From contig QMME01000001.1 in assembly GCA_003647095.1 (NCBI GenBank), forward strand, positions 1-47,128: DNA of 47,128 nucleotides, given 5' to 3'. This DNA is from Deltaproteobacteria bacterium (GTDB taxonomy: Bacteria > Myxococcota > B64-G9). Of this stretch, positions 35,437 through 43,970 are shown piece after piece. Within the stretch, counting starts at the first letter, position 1. Each line of letters begins with the position of its first letter. The notes beneath the pieces were generated by a model. The model was not told the DNA's origin. It searched no databases and saw only the letters and a program-made list of their open reading frames with translations. The translations under genes and the position numbers were made by a program.

Positions 35437-36006
35437 TCAAACCTCCGGCGTATCAGTCTCATAGAAGTTCTGGACCACCTGCTCCATTTGGGCGACTTCC
35501 TCGTCGGATAAGAAGTTGAAGAGAGCCTCTGCTTGAGGCGTCATGTCGATATACCTGTACCAAAGAGCAGTCTCGTTGTGAACGGTCATGCGGTCGTTTT
35601 CGTCGAGCGTGTATTCCACCAACGACATAAGAGGGCGAGAGAAGGCTTCCAGGGAAGCATCATAGTCGGCAAGGCTTTTCAGCATGGCCGCTGACACGGG
35701 GAACATGATTCCTTCGGGAATAAAGCCACGACGAGCGAGGATATTGTAGACCAGGAACCGGTGGATTCGACCGTTGCCATCTTCGAACGGATGTAGAAGC
35801 ACGAATCCGAATGCTACAACCGCGGATCTTCGATGAAGCACCGGTTCAACGCTACCTGCCAATCATCTCGATTGGGATTTCATCTGCGCTTTCACATTCA
35901 TGATGTCTCTTCTCGGGACATAGCGAAAAAACCACGAATTCGACCACGCTCGAAGAAGGTACCCGGTACACTGGAGAGGACGCGTGGCAGGAAGGACCGA
36001 CCTGAG
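35437..36006 (-). pseudogene. Fic/DOC-family gene remnant (5'-truncated, with an in-frame TGA)
   Basis: The Fic motif HPFEDGNGRIHRF is present. The same frame continues upstream (..YVPRRDIMNVKAQMKSQSR*LAGSVEPVLHRRSAVVAFGFVLLHPF) through a TGA at 35863-35865, then ends against the tauE stop at 36007. It is much shorter than typical Fic proteins of about 350-400 aa. Confidence 0.75.
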
Positions 36007-36813
36007 TTATTTCAAATTGGTACTGTGAAACGCATTGTACACCATGATAACTGCAGCCAACCAGTTGGTGTAGGCAAAGAGCTTCTTCAGATTCTTCGGC
36101 TTCGTTTTCAGCGCGAAGCGTCCTCCAAGGAGTCCCCCAACGATGGTCACAAATGCCAATGGGACGGCGACTTCGGGGTGAAAATCTCCGCGCGCCGCAT
36201 GTCCGGCAAAGCCCATCAGGGCGGTACCGGCGACGAGTACGGATGCAGTTCCCACGGCCACGCGCATGGGCACCGCGCACGCCAGCACCATCAACGGTAC
36301 CAAGAACGAGCCGCCAGAAACCCCCACCATGCCGGCGGCAAAACCGACCAGCAGGGTCACGGGCAGCGCCACCAGCAGGTTCACGCCGATTGTGGTGTCA
36401 CCGACTTTGACAGTGACAACGCCAAGTTTCTTGTCGCCAAGCGCCTTCTTGCCTTCCGATACGGGTATCAGCATCGCGGCCCCGGACACAAACAGCATCA
36501 CAGCGAAGATTAGCTTCAGGGAAAAGCCACTGAACACGTGGGAAAAATATCCGCCGGCCAAGGCGGAAAGAGCGGTGGAAACGCCAATGAGCAGCGCCAG
36601 CGGCCAGGAGACGGACTTGTTCTTGTGGAAAACGACCATGGCCGCCACCGCGGCGGAGAAGAGGATGAACTGGCCAGTCGTGGCCGCCTGATGTATCGGG
36701 ATTCCGGACATCGCCAGAATCAGTACATAGAAATTCCCGCCGCCTTTGCCCACCATGGTCATCAACACCGCGACCGCGAAGATGAGACCACCCACTATGA
36801 TGGTTGTCCACAT
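36007..36813 (-). CDS. TauE/SafE (DUF81) family anion exporter, copy 1
   Basis: 268 aa, about 8 TM helices, GKGGGNF and VSGGSFLVPLM motifs. Confidence 0.85.
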   Translation of the reverse strand: MWTTIIVGGLIFAVAVLMTMVGKGGGNFYVLILAMSGIPIHQAATTGQFILFSAAVAAMVVFHKNKSVSWPLALLIGVSTALSALAGGYFSHVFSGFSLKLIFAVMLFVSGAAMLIPVSEGKKALGDKKLGVVTVKVGDTTIGVNLLVALPVTLLVGFAAGMVGVSGGSFLVPLMVLACAVPMRVAVGTASVLVAGTALMGFAGHAARGDFHPEVAVPLAFVTIVGGLLGGRFALKTKPKNLKKLFAYTNWLAAVIMVYNAFHSTNLK

Positions 36814-36825
36814 CGATTAGTACTC

Positions 36826-37218
36826 CTAATGTTCGGCCTCGAGCACATCGACAACTTTCCCCGGCTTGAGCGCCTCTGCAAGAACAGTGTACCCACCCTC
36901 GATGATGCGAGCTTCTGAAAAACCCTGCTGCAACAGATAGACGAAGGCAATGGCCGATCTGACCACCGCGGAACAAAACACTGCAATAGGCTTGTCCCTC
37001 GGGATCTCGTCTATCCTTGCGGGCAATTGGTCGAGCGGGATGTTCAAGACCTCGATGTTGCAATGATGCTTCAACCCGAACGACAGTGTGGCCACCTCCT
37101 TTTCCGAGCGAACATCTAGAAGCACTGCCTTGTCCATGGCCAGGAACTTCTCGGGCGTGATTTTATGCTTTCCCCTGCCGAAGAACGACAAAGTCAGTCG
37201 TTTGAGCACTTTCTCCAT
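36826..37218 (-). CDS. Rhodanese-domain sulfurtransferase
   Basis: Start at MEKVLKRL behind AGGAGA. AVLLDVRSEKE..IAVFCSAVVRSAIA contains a CxxxxR(S) active-site loop. Confidence 0.8.
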   Translation of the reverse strand: MEKVLKRLTLSFFGRGKHKITPEKFLAMDKAVLLDVRSEKEVATLSFGLKHHCNIEVLNIPLDQLPARIDEIPRDKPIAVFCSAVVRSAIAFVYLLQQGFSEARIIEGGYTVLAEALKPGKVVDVLEAEH

Positions 37219-37256
37219 GTCTATTCTCCTTTCGCAAGTCGAAACCTTCGCGCTGT

Positions 37257-37964
37257 TCACCAGGCAGGCCCACCTTTGGGTCCGGCGTGATGCGGTGCAG
37301 GGGCTTTTCCGAAGCGCACGATGAGCATAAGTTGCACAACGTGCGTGTTCAACCATCTATCGGAGGATCGGCGCTTCGACTCCAGATCGTAGTAGGTGCG
37401 CAAGGCAAGGTGCCTGTCGACAACAAAGTCCATTCCCACCTTAAGGTCGTTCATGTTCAGGCGTGCCTGGTCGCTGTCAAAACGCACCTCGTCGGCGACG
37501 AACAATCGTAGCCAGTCAAGACCCGGTTTCAGGTGGATGTCGAGGTTGTTTCGGTACCTGTAGAACCCGGGTGTGCTGTGCCACTCGTTGCCGTTGCGAT
37601 CCGATATCTTGAGCGGGCCGAACTTGCAATGAAGAATGGCGTCCAGCACCAGCATGTGTATCACATGGTGATCGCCGTCCAGCTTGTCCTTGTGGGCGTA
37701 GTAGGTCTGCAGCGTAAGCCAGGGGAGCAGGTCGGTCCGAACGCCCGCAAAAACCTTCAGTAGCACAAGCCCCTGATCGCGGAATCGCTGCTCGGTGCGG
37801 ATCATCGGGCGCAAGGTGAACCTGTCGCTCACGTCCCCCAGGACATTGTAGTCCATGTCCAGCTTGAACCGGACCTCCTTTGCGGCCATGGCGTTCGTCG
37901 CCGTTGCCAGCGCGACGCAGAAAACGGCCAGGGACGCCCACGTATGACCCGAAAATCTCTTCAT
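37257..37964 (-). CDS. DUF2490-like outer-membrane protein
   Basis: Start at MKRFSGHTWASLAVFCVALATATNAMA (signal peptide), with an ATGA overlap with the upstream tauE. The Y/R/D-rich strands are typical of DUF2490. The 509-aa track ORF is an out-of-frame extension into tauE. Confidence 0.65.
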   Translation of the reverse strand: MKRFSGHTWASLAVFCVALATATNAMAAKEVRFKLDMDYNVLGDVSDRFTLRPMIRTEQRFRDQGLVLLKVFAGVRTDLLPWLTLQTYYAHKDKLDGDHHVIHMLVLDAILHCKFGPLKISDRNGNEWHSTPGFYRYRNNLDIHLKPGLDWLRLFVADEVRFDSDQARLNMNDLKVGMDFVVDRHLALRTYYDLESKRRSSDRWLNTHVVQLMLIVRFGKAPAPHHAGPKGGPAW

Positions 37965-38707
37965 GCAACCAGGCCCCAGATCATCTTCGCCGCGATTCCC
38001 AGAAGGACGATTCCGATGATCAGCTTGACCTGCTCCCGCTTGAGCTTGTCTGTCATCAGCCAGGCGCCGACTATTGCGCCCAGCGCCGACCCGACGGCGG
38101 TGAACCCCAGGATGGTGTAGTCCATCGAGCCGAGGGTTGCATGTCCCAGGAAGCCCGACAGGGACGAGAAGATGACGATGAAAGATGTCGTCGCCGAGGC
38201 TTTCTTGGGATTGATACCGAGCCAAACCAAGACCGGCACGATGAAGTTGCCGCCGCCGACCCCGAGCAGGCCGCCGAGGAACCCGGCGAAGCCGCCTATG
38301 GCCACGCCGAAAACGACCTGCTTGCCGTGGGATTGCTCGACCTGCCGCTCCTTCGGCTTGTAGAACAGCATCATAGCGGCGGCGAACAGTAAAAAGCCTA
38401 CGAAGCCCCAGAGCAGTACATTGCGCTGCAACCCCTGACTGACCCAGGCTCCCAGGGGCGATAACGCGGTGGCAACCATCAGGATCGGTATCGCAACCTT
38501 CCACAGCACCAGCTTGGCGCGGATGAAGCGATACGATGCGAAGCACATGGCGATGGCGTTGAGCAACAGCGCCGTGGCCATGGCCACGTGGATGTCTATC
38601 CCCAGGGCGACGAAAACCGGAATGAGAATGAAGGCCGCACCGACGCCGGCGATGGTCAACAGAGCGGTAAACAGAAATGTCACCAGTCCGGCGATCAATG
38701 AAGTCAT
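37961..38707 (-). CDS. TauE/SafE (DUF81) family anion exporter, copy 2
   Basis: 248 aa, multi-TM, GVGGGNFIVPVLV motif. Confidence 0.85.
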   Translation of the reverse strand: MTSLIAGLVTFLFTALLTIAGVGAAFILIPVFVALGIDIHVAMATALLLNAIAMCFASYRFIRAKLVLWKVAIPILMVATALSPLGAWVSQGLQRNVLLWGFVGFLLFAAAMMLFYKPKERQVEQSHGKQVVFGVAIGGFAGFLGGLLGVGGGNFIVPVLVWLGINPKKASATTSFIVIFSSLSGFLGHATLGSMDYTILGFTAVGSALGAIVGAWLMTDKLKREQVKLIIGIVLLGIAAKMIWGLVA

Positions 38708-38724
38708 GATAATAACCCCCAGTT

Positions 38725-39351
38725 TCAGCTTCTGGAGAGTTCTTGGAGCAGCTCCTGCTGACAGGGGATGCAGACCTTGCGATCACCGATTACCCGGCCA
38801 TACTTCTCCACGACCATGTCGCCACACCGCTCGCACACGAACGAGTCGAAAGTCTCTACCGGTTTGGGCAGCTCTATCGTCTCTATCTCGCCGATCTTGA
38901 GGATCTTTTCGTCTGGCGCGTTCATCACTTGCTCTATTAGAGGCTCGACGATTTCCGGCGGCACCTGTGACGCCGGGATACCCTTTTCGCGGTACTCCTT
39001 GAAGAAGGGTGTCTGCTTGGTTGCCGCCTGCACCTCGGCCCTGGGGACCACACGCACCGACCGACCCGATGCCCGCTCGACCAGGGTCAAGCCGAACTTG
39101 CCGTAACCGAGCTGCTGGATGTTGCCCTTGCCGAAGGTGCAGCCGGTGATCATCTGGATGCCATCGGCGAAGCAGTGGGCGCAGTGGCCTTCCCCCAGCT
39201 CCAGCAGAGCGACCAGCTGGCCGTCCTTGGCACGCTCGACGCCCAGCTTGTTCATCGCCGCCGCTCCCGCGCGCAACCCGAGCGGCATGGCCGGGCACTT
39301 GTGCCCGTGCAGTTTCTGGCCTGCTTCCAGGTATTTTTGGGGCTCGATCAT
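38725..39351 (-). CDS. FmdE-family protein with C-terminal zinc ribbon, copy 1
   Basis: 208 aa. LHGHKCPAMPLGLRAG..CFADGIQMITGCTFGKGN. C-terminal CERCG...CIPC. Confidence 0.8.
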   Translation of the reverse strand: MIEPQKYLEAGQKLHGHKCPAMPLGLRAGAAAMNKLGVERAKDGQLVALLELGEGHCAHCFADGIQMITGCTFGKGNIQQLGYGKFGLTLVERASGRSVRVVPRAEVQAATKQTPFFKEYREKGIPASQVPPEIVEPLIEQVMNAPDEKILKIGEIETIELPKPVETFDSFVCERCGDMVVEKYGRVIGDRKVCIPCQQELLQELSRS

Positions 39352-39442
39352 GTCTTACCTCCCTGAGTTTTAGTTCGTGTCCTCTTCCCGCCGTCCAATC
39401 GGCGGTTACGGTTCATACGATAAGCAAGCCTTGGCCCGGATC

Positions 39443-39459
39443 CTTGATCCGGGATCAAG
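39443..39459. promoter_or_regulatory. FNR/CRP-box-like palindrome CTTGATCC-G-GGATCAAG
   Basis: Perfect 8-1-8 palindrome (TTGAT-N5-ATCAA), 24 nt downstream of the crp stop and about 100 nt upstream of the fmdE-1 ATG. A TATCGT hexamer on the minus strand (39422-39417) would centre the site near -41. It overlaps an alternative palindrome CCCGGATC-CTT-GATCCGGG (39435-39453). Confidence 0.35.
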
Positions 39460-39482
39460 ACGCGATGCTTTTCCGGCCCCGC

Positions 39483-40148
39483 CTACTCGTCCCTTTGTCC
39501 AGAGGCAATCTGCCGCAGGCGTCGCGCATCAAGCACCTGAAGCTTCGGACGGGCGAGCCTCTTCAGCACCCCGGTTTCCACCAGCCGGGTGACGGCTCGA
39601 GAGAAGGTCTCCGGGGTCACTCCGACGTCGGCGGCGAACTCGTGGATCGGTGATGGAACGTCGATGATGGTGGGGTGGGCCTCACCGTCCCCTTCGGGAA
39701 GCAGGAGCGACAAGGCCGCCGCAACGTGCGCAACCGAGCTGCGGTTCGCTTGATTGCCGAGACGCGAGAAGGCCTGCCTCAGACGTTTGCCCAGCGCTTC
39801 GAGCAGGACCATTGCCACCTGTGGATCTTGACGGACGGCCCGGCGCAACGTCGAGCGGGACATCACGCGCGCCTCGACATCGTCCACGGCAATGGCCGTC
39901 GCTGGATAGGGTCCGCCGTCGACAAAGGGCAGGAAGCCAAATACGTCCCCCTCCGAGAACACGTAGAGCAGCACCGACGAACCGTCTGGCAGTACGCGTA
40001 CGGCCTTCACGCGGCCTTTGTCGAGCAGGACCAGACGCCCGGAGACCTCGCCTTCCGTCCACAGCACCTGTCCCGCCCTGTAGCGACGGGGCAGCAGGTA
40101 CGGTTCGAGAACCTTGATGGTCTCGATGTCTTCGATGATCCCGGTCAT
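39483..40148 (-). CDS. Crp/Fnr-family transcriptional regulator
   Basis: 221 aa. cNMP-binding-like beta-roll (YRAGQVLWTEGEVSGRLVLLDKGRVK) and C-terminal HTH (FAADVGVTPETFSRAVTRLVETGVL). There is no N-terminal FNR Cys cluster. Confidence 0.85.
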   Translation of the reverse strand: MTGIIEDIETIKVLEPYLLPRRYRAGQVLWTEGEVSGRLVLLDKGRVKAVRVLPDGSSVLLYVFSEGDVFGFLPFVDGGPYPATAIAVDDVEARVMSRSTLRRAVRQDPQVAMVLLEALGKRLRQAFSRLGNQANRSSVAHVAAALSLLLPEGDGEAHPTIIDVPSPIHEFAADVGVTPETFSRAVTRLVETGVLKRLARPKLQVLDARRLRQIASGQRDE

Positions 40149-40245
40149 CCGAGTCGTTCAGATTCCGTTCTCGTTCGACGAGACGTCGGTGGTAAGCGGA
40201 GGCACAAAGCACCACACCGGTGATGATCCAGAGGCATATCGCCGC

Positions 40246-40851
40246 TCACTCTTCGTAGCCGGAACACGGGATGCAAACGTGCCGATCTCCAACAACCCGA
40301 AGGTACGCCACGGCCACCAGCTCACCGCACTCGGCGCAGGGGTGCAGCCCCATGATCTCGCCGTACTCCTCCCAGGGGTGGGGCTTCACATCACCGATGC
40401 TCAACACCTCTTCCTCGGGGGCATCCCACAGCACGTTCACCATCTCCCAGACCTCCTCCTCGGGGATCTCGGTGGGGGGGATCCCCTGGCCGCGCTTGCG
40501 CATGAAGGCCGACTCGGCCACTTGTTTATGGCGCGTGGGCCGATACGAGACTCGGACCGAGCGCTCGGCCTTCTTGTCAACCAGGGTGAAGGCGAGCTTG
40601 CCCCAACCCGTCTTTTCGATACAGAACTTGCCGAGCGTGCAGCCCGTGGCGTACTGCACGCCGTCGGCGAAGCACTGGGCTCCGTGGTTGTCGCCGATCT
40701 CCAAGATGCAGTGCAGTTCCCCGGACGAGCCGGCCCGCTCGACACCGAGCGCCCTGAGCGCCGCCAGGCCCGCGCGCACGCCGATGGTGCTGGCCCAGCA
40801 CTTGTGACCGTGGAACTTGAACGCATCAATCAGTACATCTCTTTCCGACAT
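40246..40851 (-). CDS. FmdE-family protein with C-terminal zinc ribbon, copy 2
   Basis: Start at MSERDVLIDAFKFHGHKCWAS behind AAGGAG. CFADGVQYATGCTLGK. C-terminal CAECG...CIPC. Confidence 0.8.
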   Translation of the reverse strand: MSERDVLIDAFKFHGHKCWASTIGVRAGLAALRALGVERAGSSGELHCILEIGDNHGAQCFADGVQYATGCTLGKFCIEKTGWGKLAFTLVDKKAERSVRVSYRPTRHKQVAESAFMRKRGQGIPPTEIPEEEVWEMVNVLWDAPEEEVLSIGDVKPHPWEEYGEIMGLHPCAECGELVAVAYLRVVGDRHVCIPCSGYEE

Positions 40852-40919
40852 GGGTTGCACTCCTTTCTCCGTAACATCGTTCAATACTTGACCTCAGGCT
40901 GCAAATGTACTGCCTTCCG

Positions 40920-41225
40920 TCACCCGGCGATCTTGCCCTCACGGATTAGTTCATCTTTCACCGCATCCCAGACGCCCCTCTCCTCGTAGAACTTCCTCAA
41001 CCTGTTCGCGGACGGGAAGCGGATGGCGTTGCCGCGGCACAGTGTGCGACAGGTGCTGCAGCCGACGACGCACTGCAGGGGACGGGCAACCACGGGACCT
41101 CTGTCGGTCCAGTCGAACACATTCTTGCCGCAGTTCATGCACATACCGCACTGAAGGCACCGCGAGAGATCAACCGTGGGATTCCAACCGATCTCTTGAC
41201 GATCGATTGCAGCAAACCACGCCAT
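40920..41225 (-). CDS. Ferredoxin-like protein with two atypical Cys clusters
   Basis: Start at MAWFAAIDRQ behind GGGAGG. CLQCGMCMNCGKN and CVVGCSTCRTLC. It starts 1 nt after the upstream stop. Confidence 0.65.
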   Translation of the reverse strand: MAWFAAIDRQEIGWNPTVDLSRCLQCGMCMNCGKNVFDWTDRGPVVARPLQCVVGCSTCRTLCRGNAIRFPSANRLRKFYEERGVWDAVKDELIREGKIAG

Positions 41226-41226
41226 G

Positions 41227-42045
41227 TCAAACCTCCCTAAAACTCGATCCAACTGGAATGCCCATGCCGGCGCAGGCCTCGAGCAAGGCACGCCTCGAGG
41301 CCGAATCCGTCGACTCGAAGGCCGGCTTGCACTCAACAATTGCAGCTTTTCCGCTGCAGACCTTGACCGCGAAGGCCATGCAAGTCATCTCGCCACACAT
41401 GCCGCAGTTTGTGCCGGGAAGACGGCGTATCAACTCTATTACGTTCGGTTTGGATCTGGCCTCGAAGCTCGGCTCTATCCCGGCCCTGCGGCTCCATGTG
41501 TCGTTGATCGTCTGACGGTAGCGTTCGAGGCACAGCCAGGCGTCCACGATTTCGTCGGCCTTGGCTATGCTGATGGAGCGGGGACGAAGGACGATCATCC
41601 TCTCTCCGTCCATGAAGGACAGTGATGGTCCGTTCCCGCTGTAGGAGGCATTGTCCACCACGGCGTTGAGGTAGGGGATCACGGGTCCGATGTCGTTGGA
41701 CAGGTCCGCGATGACGCGGATCTTGGTGTCGTCCGCCACACACGGCTGTAAGGTGACTATCCGCGCGGTGCCGAATATGTCCTCGGAGAACTCCTGCGCC
41801 TCTCCGGACGGCATTTCGCGACGAGTCGGTCGGTACTCGACCCAGCCCGCGCACGGATAATCATCCCCCAGACACTCCTCCAGTACCGCGCGCTCTTCCC
41901 TCCCCATGACCAGCGCAGGCAGGGCAACCCTGGCCAATGCCGGCACGGGCCGAATCATCCGGCAGACCAGATCTCGCTGGACAAGCACGGCAAGCGCCGC
42001 TTCCAGGCCATCCTCACGTGCAAGGGTGGTGACCATGAGGTCCAT
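41227..42045 (-). CDS. Fe-S cluster domain protein (RnfB/CdhD-type N-terminal FeS motif at its C-terminus)
   Basis: 272 aa. LPGTNCGMCGEMTCMAFAVKV matches the putative Fe-S cluster domain. The N-terminal 200 aa are unrecognised. Confidence 0.6.
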   Translation of the reverse strand: MDLMVTTLAREDGLEAALAVLVQRDLVCRMIRPVPALARVALPALVMGREERAVLEECLGDDYPCAGWVEYRPTRREMPSGEAQEFSEDIFGTARIVTLQPCVADDTKIRVIADLSNDIGPVIPYLNAVVDNASYSGNGPSLSFMDGERMIVLRPRSISIAKADEIVDAWLCLERYRQTINDTWSRRAGIEPSFEARSKPNVIELIRRLPGTNCGMCGEMTCMAFAVKVCSGKAAIVECKPAFESTDSASRRALLEACAGMGIPVGSSFREV

Positions 42046-42096
42046 CCGTATTCCCCTCCATCAGCGGCTCCTGGGCCGGAGCTCGAATACCGGCAT

Positions 42097-42321
42097 TCAC
42101 CCGGGGCTCGAGAGAATCTTTTTCACCTTGGGGCCAAGTCGCTCGACAACGAATCTGTGCGACTCCTCGCGATCCCCGTCCATGAGTATCTGCAGCAGGT
42201 GCAGAACGTCCTCGCGGGATAGGCGTACCAGAATGTCCCGATCCAGCCGCGAGACGAGACCCGAGATTGACTCCGACCAGGCGGGCTTTTCCTTTGACGC
42301 AGTCGATTTCGAGGCTTTCAC
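42097..42321 (-). CDS. Small hypothetical protein (74 aa)
   Basis: GTG start behind GGAGGTGA. Helical, charged composition. It lacks the CPxP motif, so it is not a TusA/YeeD homolog. Confidence 0.45.
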   Translation of the reverse strand: MKASKSTASKEKPAWSESISGLVSRLDRDILVRLSREDVLHLLQILMDGDREESHRFVVERLGPKVKKILSSPG

Positions 42322-42439
42322 GTTTCACCTCCGAACAGGTTTGCCGACCACGGCACATCGATGAGCAGCACGGTCGCTATGAGCCGAACCGGTTGCACTC
42401 CGCGTCGTGCCGTACCTGCGGGCCGAGCATTGCGTTCTA

Positions 42440-43696
42440 CTAGCGGCCGAACCCGACCATGTACAACCTGGTCGTAGCCCAGTTTGCCAGCACCACGGTG
42501 ATAAAGAAGAGCATGTTGCCCACGCTCATCAGGGCCACGCCGCTCATGATGTTGCCGACCACACACCCCCCGGCGATGGCCGCTCCAGCGCCGGTCAGAA
42601 TGCCCCCGAAGAAGGCCACGATGATCTCATCAGGCGGCTTGGGCTTCAGAGAAAACCGGCCGCGCAGACGCGCAGACACATGGGAACCGAGAACCAGACA
42701 AACCACCAGGATGACGAGCCACCACACTACGTGTTTCCGGGGCTTGTGAGTAGCCTGCTTATGCCCCCTGCTGTCTTTCTCGACGGCTTTCGCGGGCTGC
42801 TTCTTGTACACGGAATGTACCGGGTAATCGGTGGCCAGAACCAGCACGTCCAGCACGCCGTGTGTTACGCCCAGGGGATAGTTGCGACCGCTCTCGGCAG
42901 AGGAGACATAGGCGGCGAGCGCAAGCACACCGATGGCGATGCCCGAGTGCCAGGGTTTCCAGGGCCGGGTGAGAACCCGCTTTACTATCGGCTTGCTCTC
43001 TTTCTCGTCTCCGGCGTGCGGGGCCAACCTCGCACGGTGGCGCCGACGGATGAACAGAGCGATTGCGAGCGTCGCACCGGCTATGATGACGGCGAGCAGC
43101 CAGTAGGGCAGGCCGGTGAGCGAGGCCAGCGTCACCGACTTGCCGTCTGCCGACGTGATCACGTGCTGTTTGAGCGACTTGGCAAAGCCGTTCAGCGGCC
43201 CATAGGCGACGGCCGAAACACCGATGGGAATGCCGACCAGGGCGGCCATGGAGTTCAAGTTCCCCTGGCCCGACTTGAACAGCGTGCCGCTGACGCAGCC
43301 GCCGGCCAGGACGATACCGACACCGAAGATCGCCCCGCCGACCAGGTCATTGGCCCAGATGAAAGGCTTCGGCGCCAGCCGAATCCATCCCAGTTCGGAG
43401 CCGATTGCGAACATGACCATGCTGGTGGCGATGACGACCCAGAGCCCCTCGAGCTTGCGCGTGTCTTTCATCATGATCACTTCGCTGAAGGCCGATGAGC
43501 CGCACAGATCGGATTTTTCCAGGAAGAAGCCGAACAGGAACCCGATCGGCGCGGCGGTCAGCACCCAGAGACCGGTCGCGGCGGCGATAACCACCGCCGC
43601 GACAACACCCAGGATGCCGACGATCAAGGTAGCCCGCCAGGGACCGGCGGATACGTGATCATCGTGATTGCCCGTTGGAACCTGATCTTTGCCCAT
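42440..43696 (-). CDS. YeeE/YedE-family sulfur(selenium)-compound transporter (two fused halves)
   Basis: 418 aa. SDLCGSSAF, GGCVSGTLFKSGQG and IAGGCVVGNIMSG conserved-Cys loops. GAAAGGAG precedes the ATG. Confidence 0.85.
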   Translation of the reverse strand: MGKDQVPTGNHDDHVSAGPWRATLIVGILGVVAAVVIAAATGLWVLTAAPIGFLFGFFLEKSDLCGSSAFSEVIMMKDTRKLEGLWVVIATSMVMFAIGSELGWIRLAPKPFIWANDLVGGAIFGVGIVLAGGCVSGTLFKSGQGNLNSMAALVGIPIGVSAVAYGPLNGFAKSLKQHVITSADGKSVTLASLTGLPYWLLAVIIAGATLAIALFIRRRHRARLAPHAGDEKESKPIVKRVLTRPWKPWHSGIAIGVLALAAYVSSAESGRNYPLGVTHGVLDVLVLATDYPVHSVYKKQPAKAVEKDSRGHKQATHKPRKHVVWWLVILVVCLVLGSHVSARLRGRFSLKPKPPDEIIVAFFGGILTGAGAAIAGGCVVGNIMSGVALMSVGNMLFFITVVLANWATTRLYMVGFGR

Positions 43697-43794
43697 CTTT
43701 CACTCCTTTCACGATTTTGACGAGTCGGCATGGACAGGAAGGGCTCCGGCCGGCAGCAGCCAGTCCAACACGAAGCCCAGAGCGATGAACACGT

Positions 43795-43962
43795 TACGCC
43801 CGGGGCGACGACGAGCGTCTTGTCTCCTTCAGAGCGGAAGGTTACTCGCCCGACGAGAACTACGAACACCACGTCCTCCTGCATCCGGTACGGCGGAATC
43901 TGGGCACCGGCGGCGAGCTCGATGCGACGGACCTTCATCTGGTCGTGCCCGAACAATAAGGA
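43795..43962 (-). pseudogene. Cupin-domain fragment
   Basis: SLLFGHDQMKVRRIELAAGAQIPPYRMQEDVVFVVLVGRVTFRSEGDKTLVVAPG is cupin-like. The expected C-terminal His-containing strand is absent. It abuts the permease stub. Confidence 0.4.
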
Positions 43963-43970
43963 CGCTCCGG

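Noticed and set aside
35863-35865. The in-frame TGA in the Fic gene as a selenocysteine or programmed read-through codon
   Set aside because: The gene is also 5'-truncated at the tauE boundary and is shorter than family members. No SECIS-like hairpin is evident downstream. Pseudogenisation is the simpler reading.
24836-36006. An integron cassette array
   Set aside because: There is no intI integrase or attI. The genes are in mixed orientations. The repeats do not show the paired RYYYAAC/GTTRRRY core-site organisation of attC sites.
37257-38786. A 509-aa minus-strand ORF spanning the DUF2490 gene and most of tauE copy 2
   Set aside because: Only the C-terminal 235 aa, from MKRFSGH with its signal peptide, look like protein. 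The upstream part is an out-of-frame read through tauE (37961..38707), which has its own convincing frame and an ATGA junction.
40920-42045. An hgcA/hgcB-like mercury methylation pair (an Fe-S/corrinoid-type protein plus a small ferredoxin near an ArsR)
   Set aside because: The 272-aa protein lacks the N(V/I)WCA(A/G)GK cap-helix motif and the C-terminal TM helices of HgcA. The ferredoxin lacks canonical CX2CX2CX3C motifs and the C-terminal CC.
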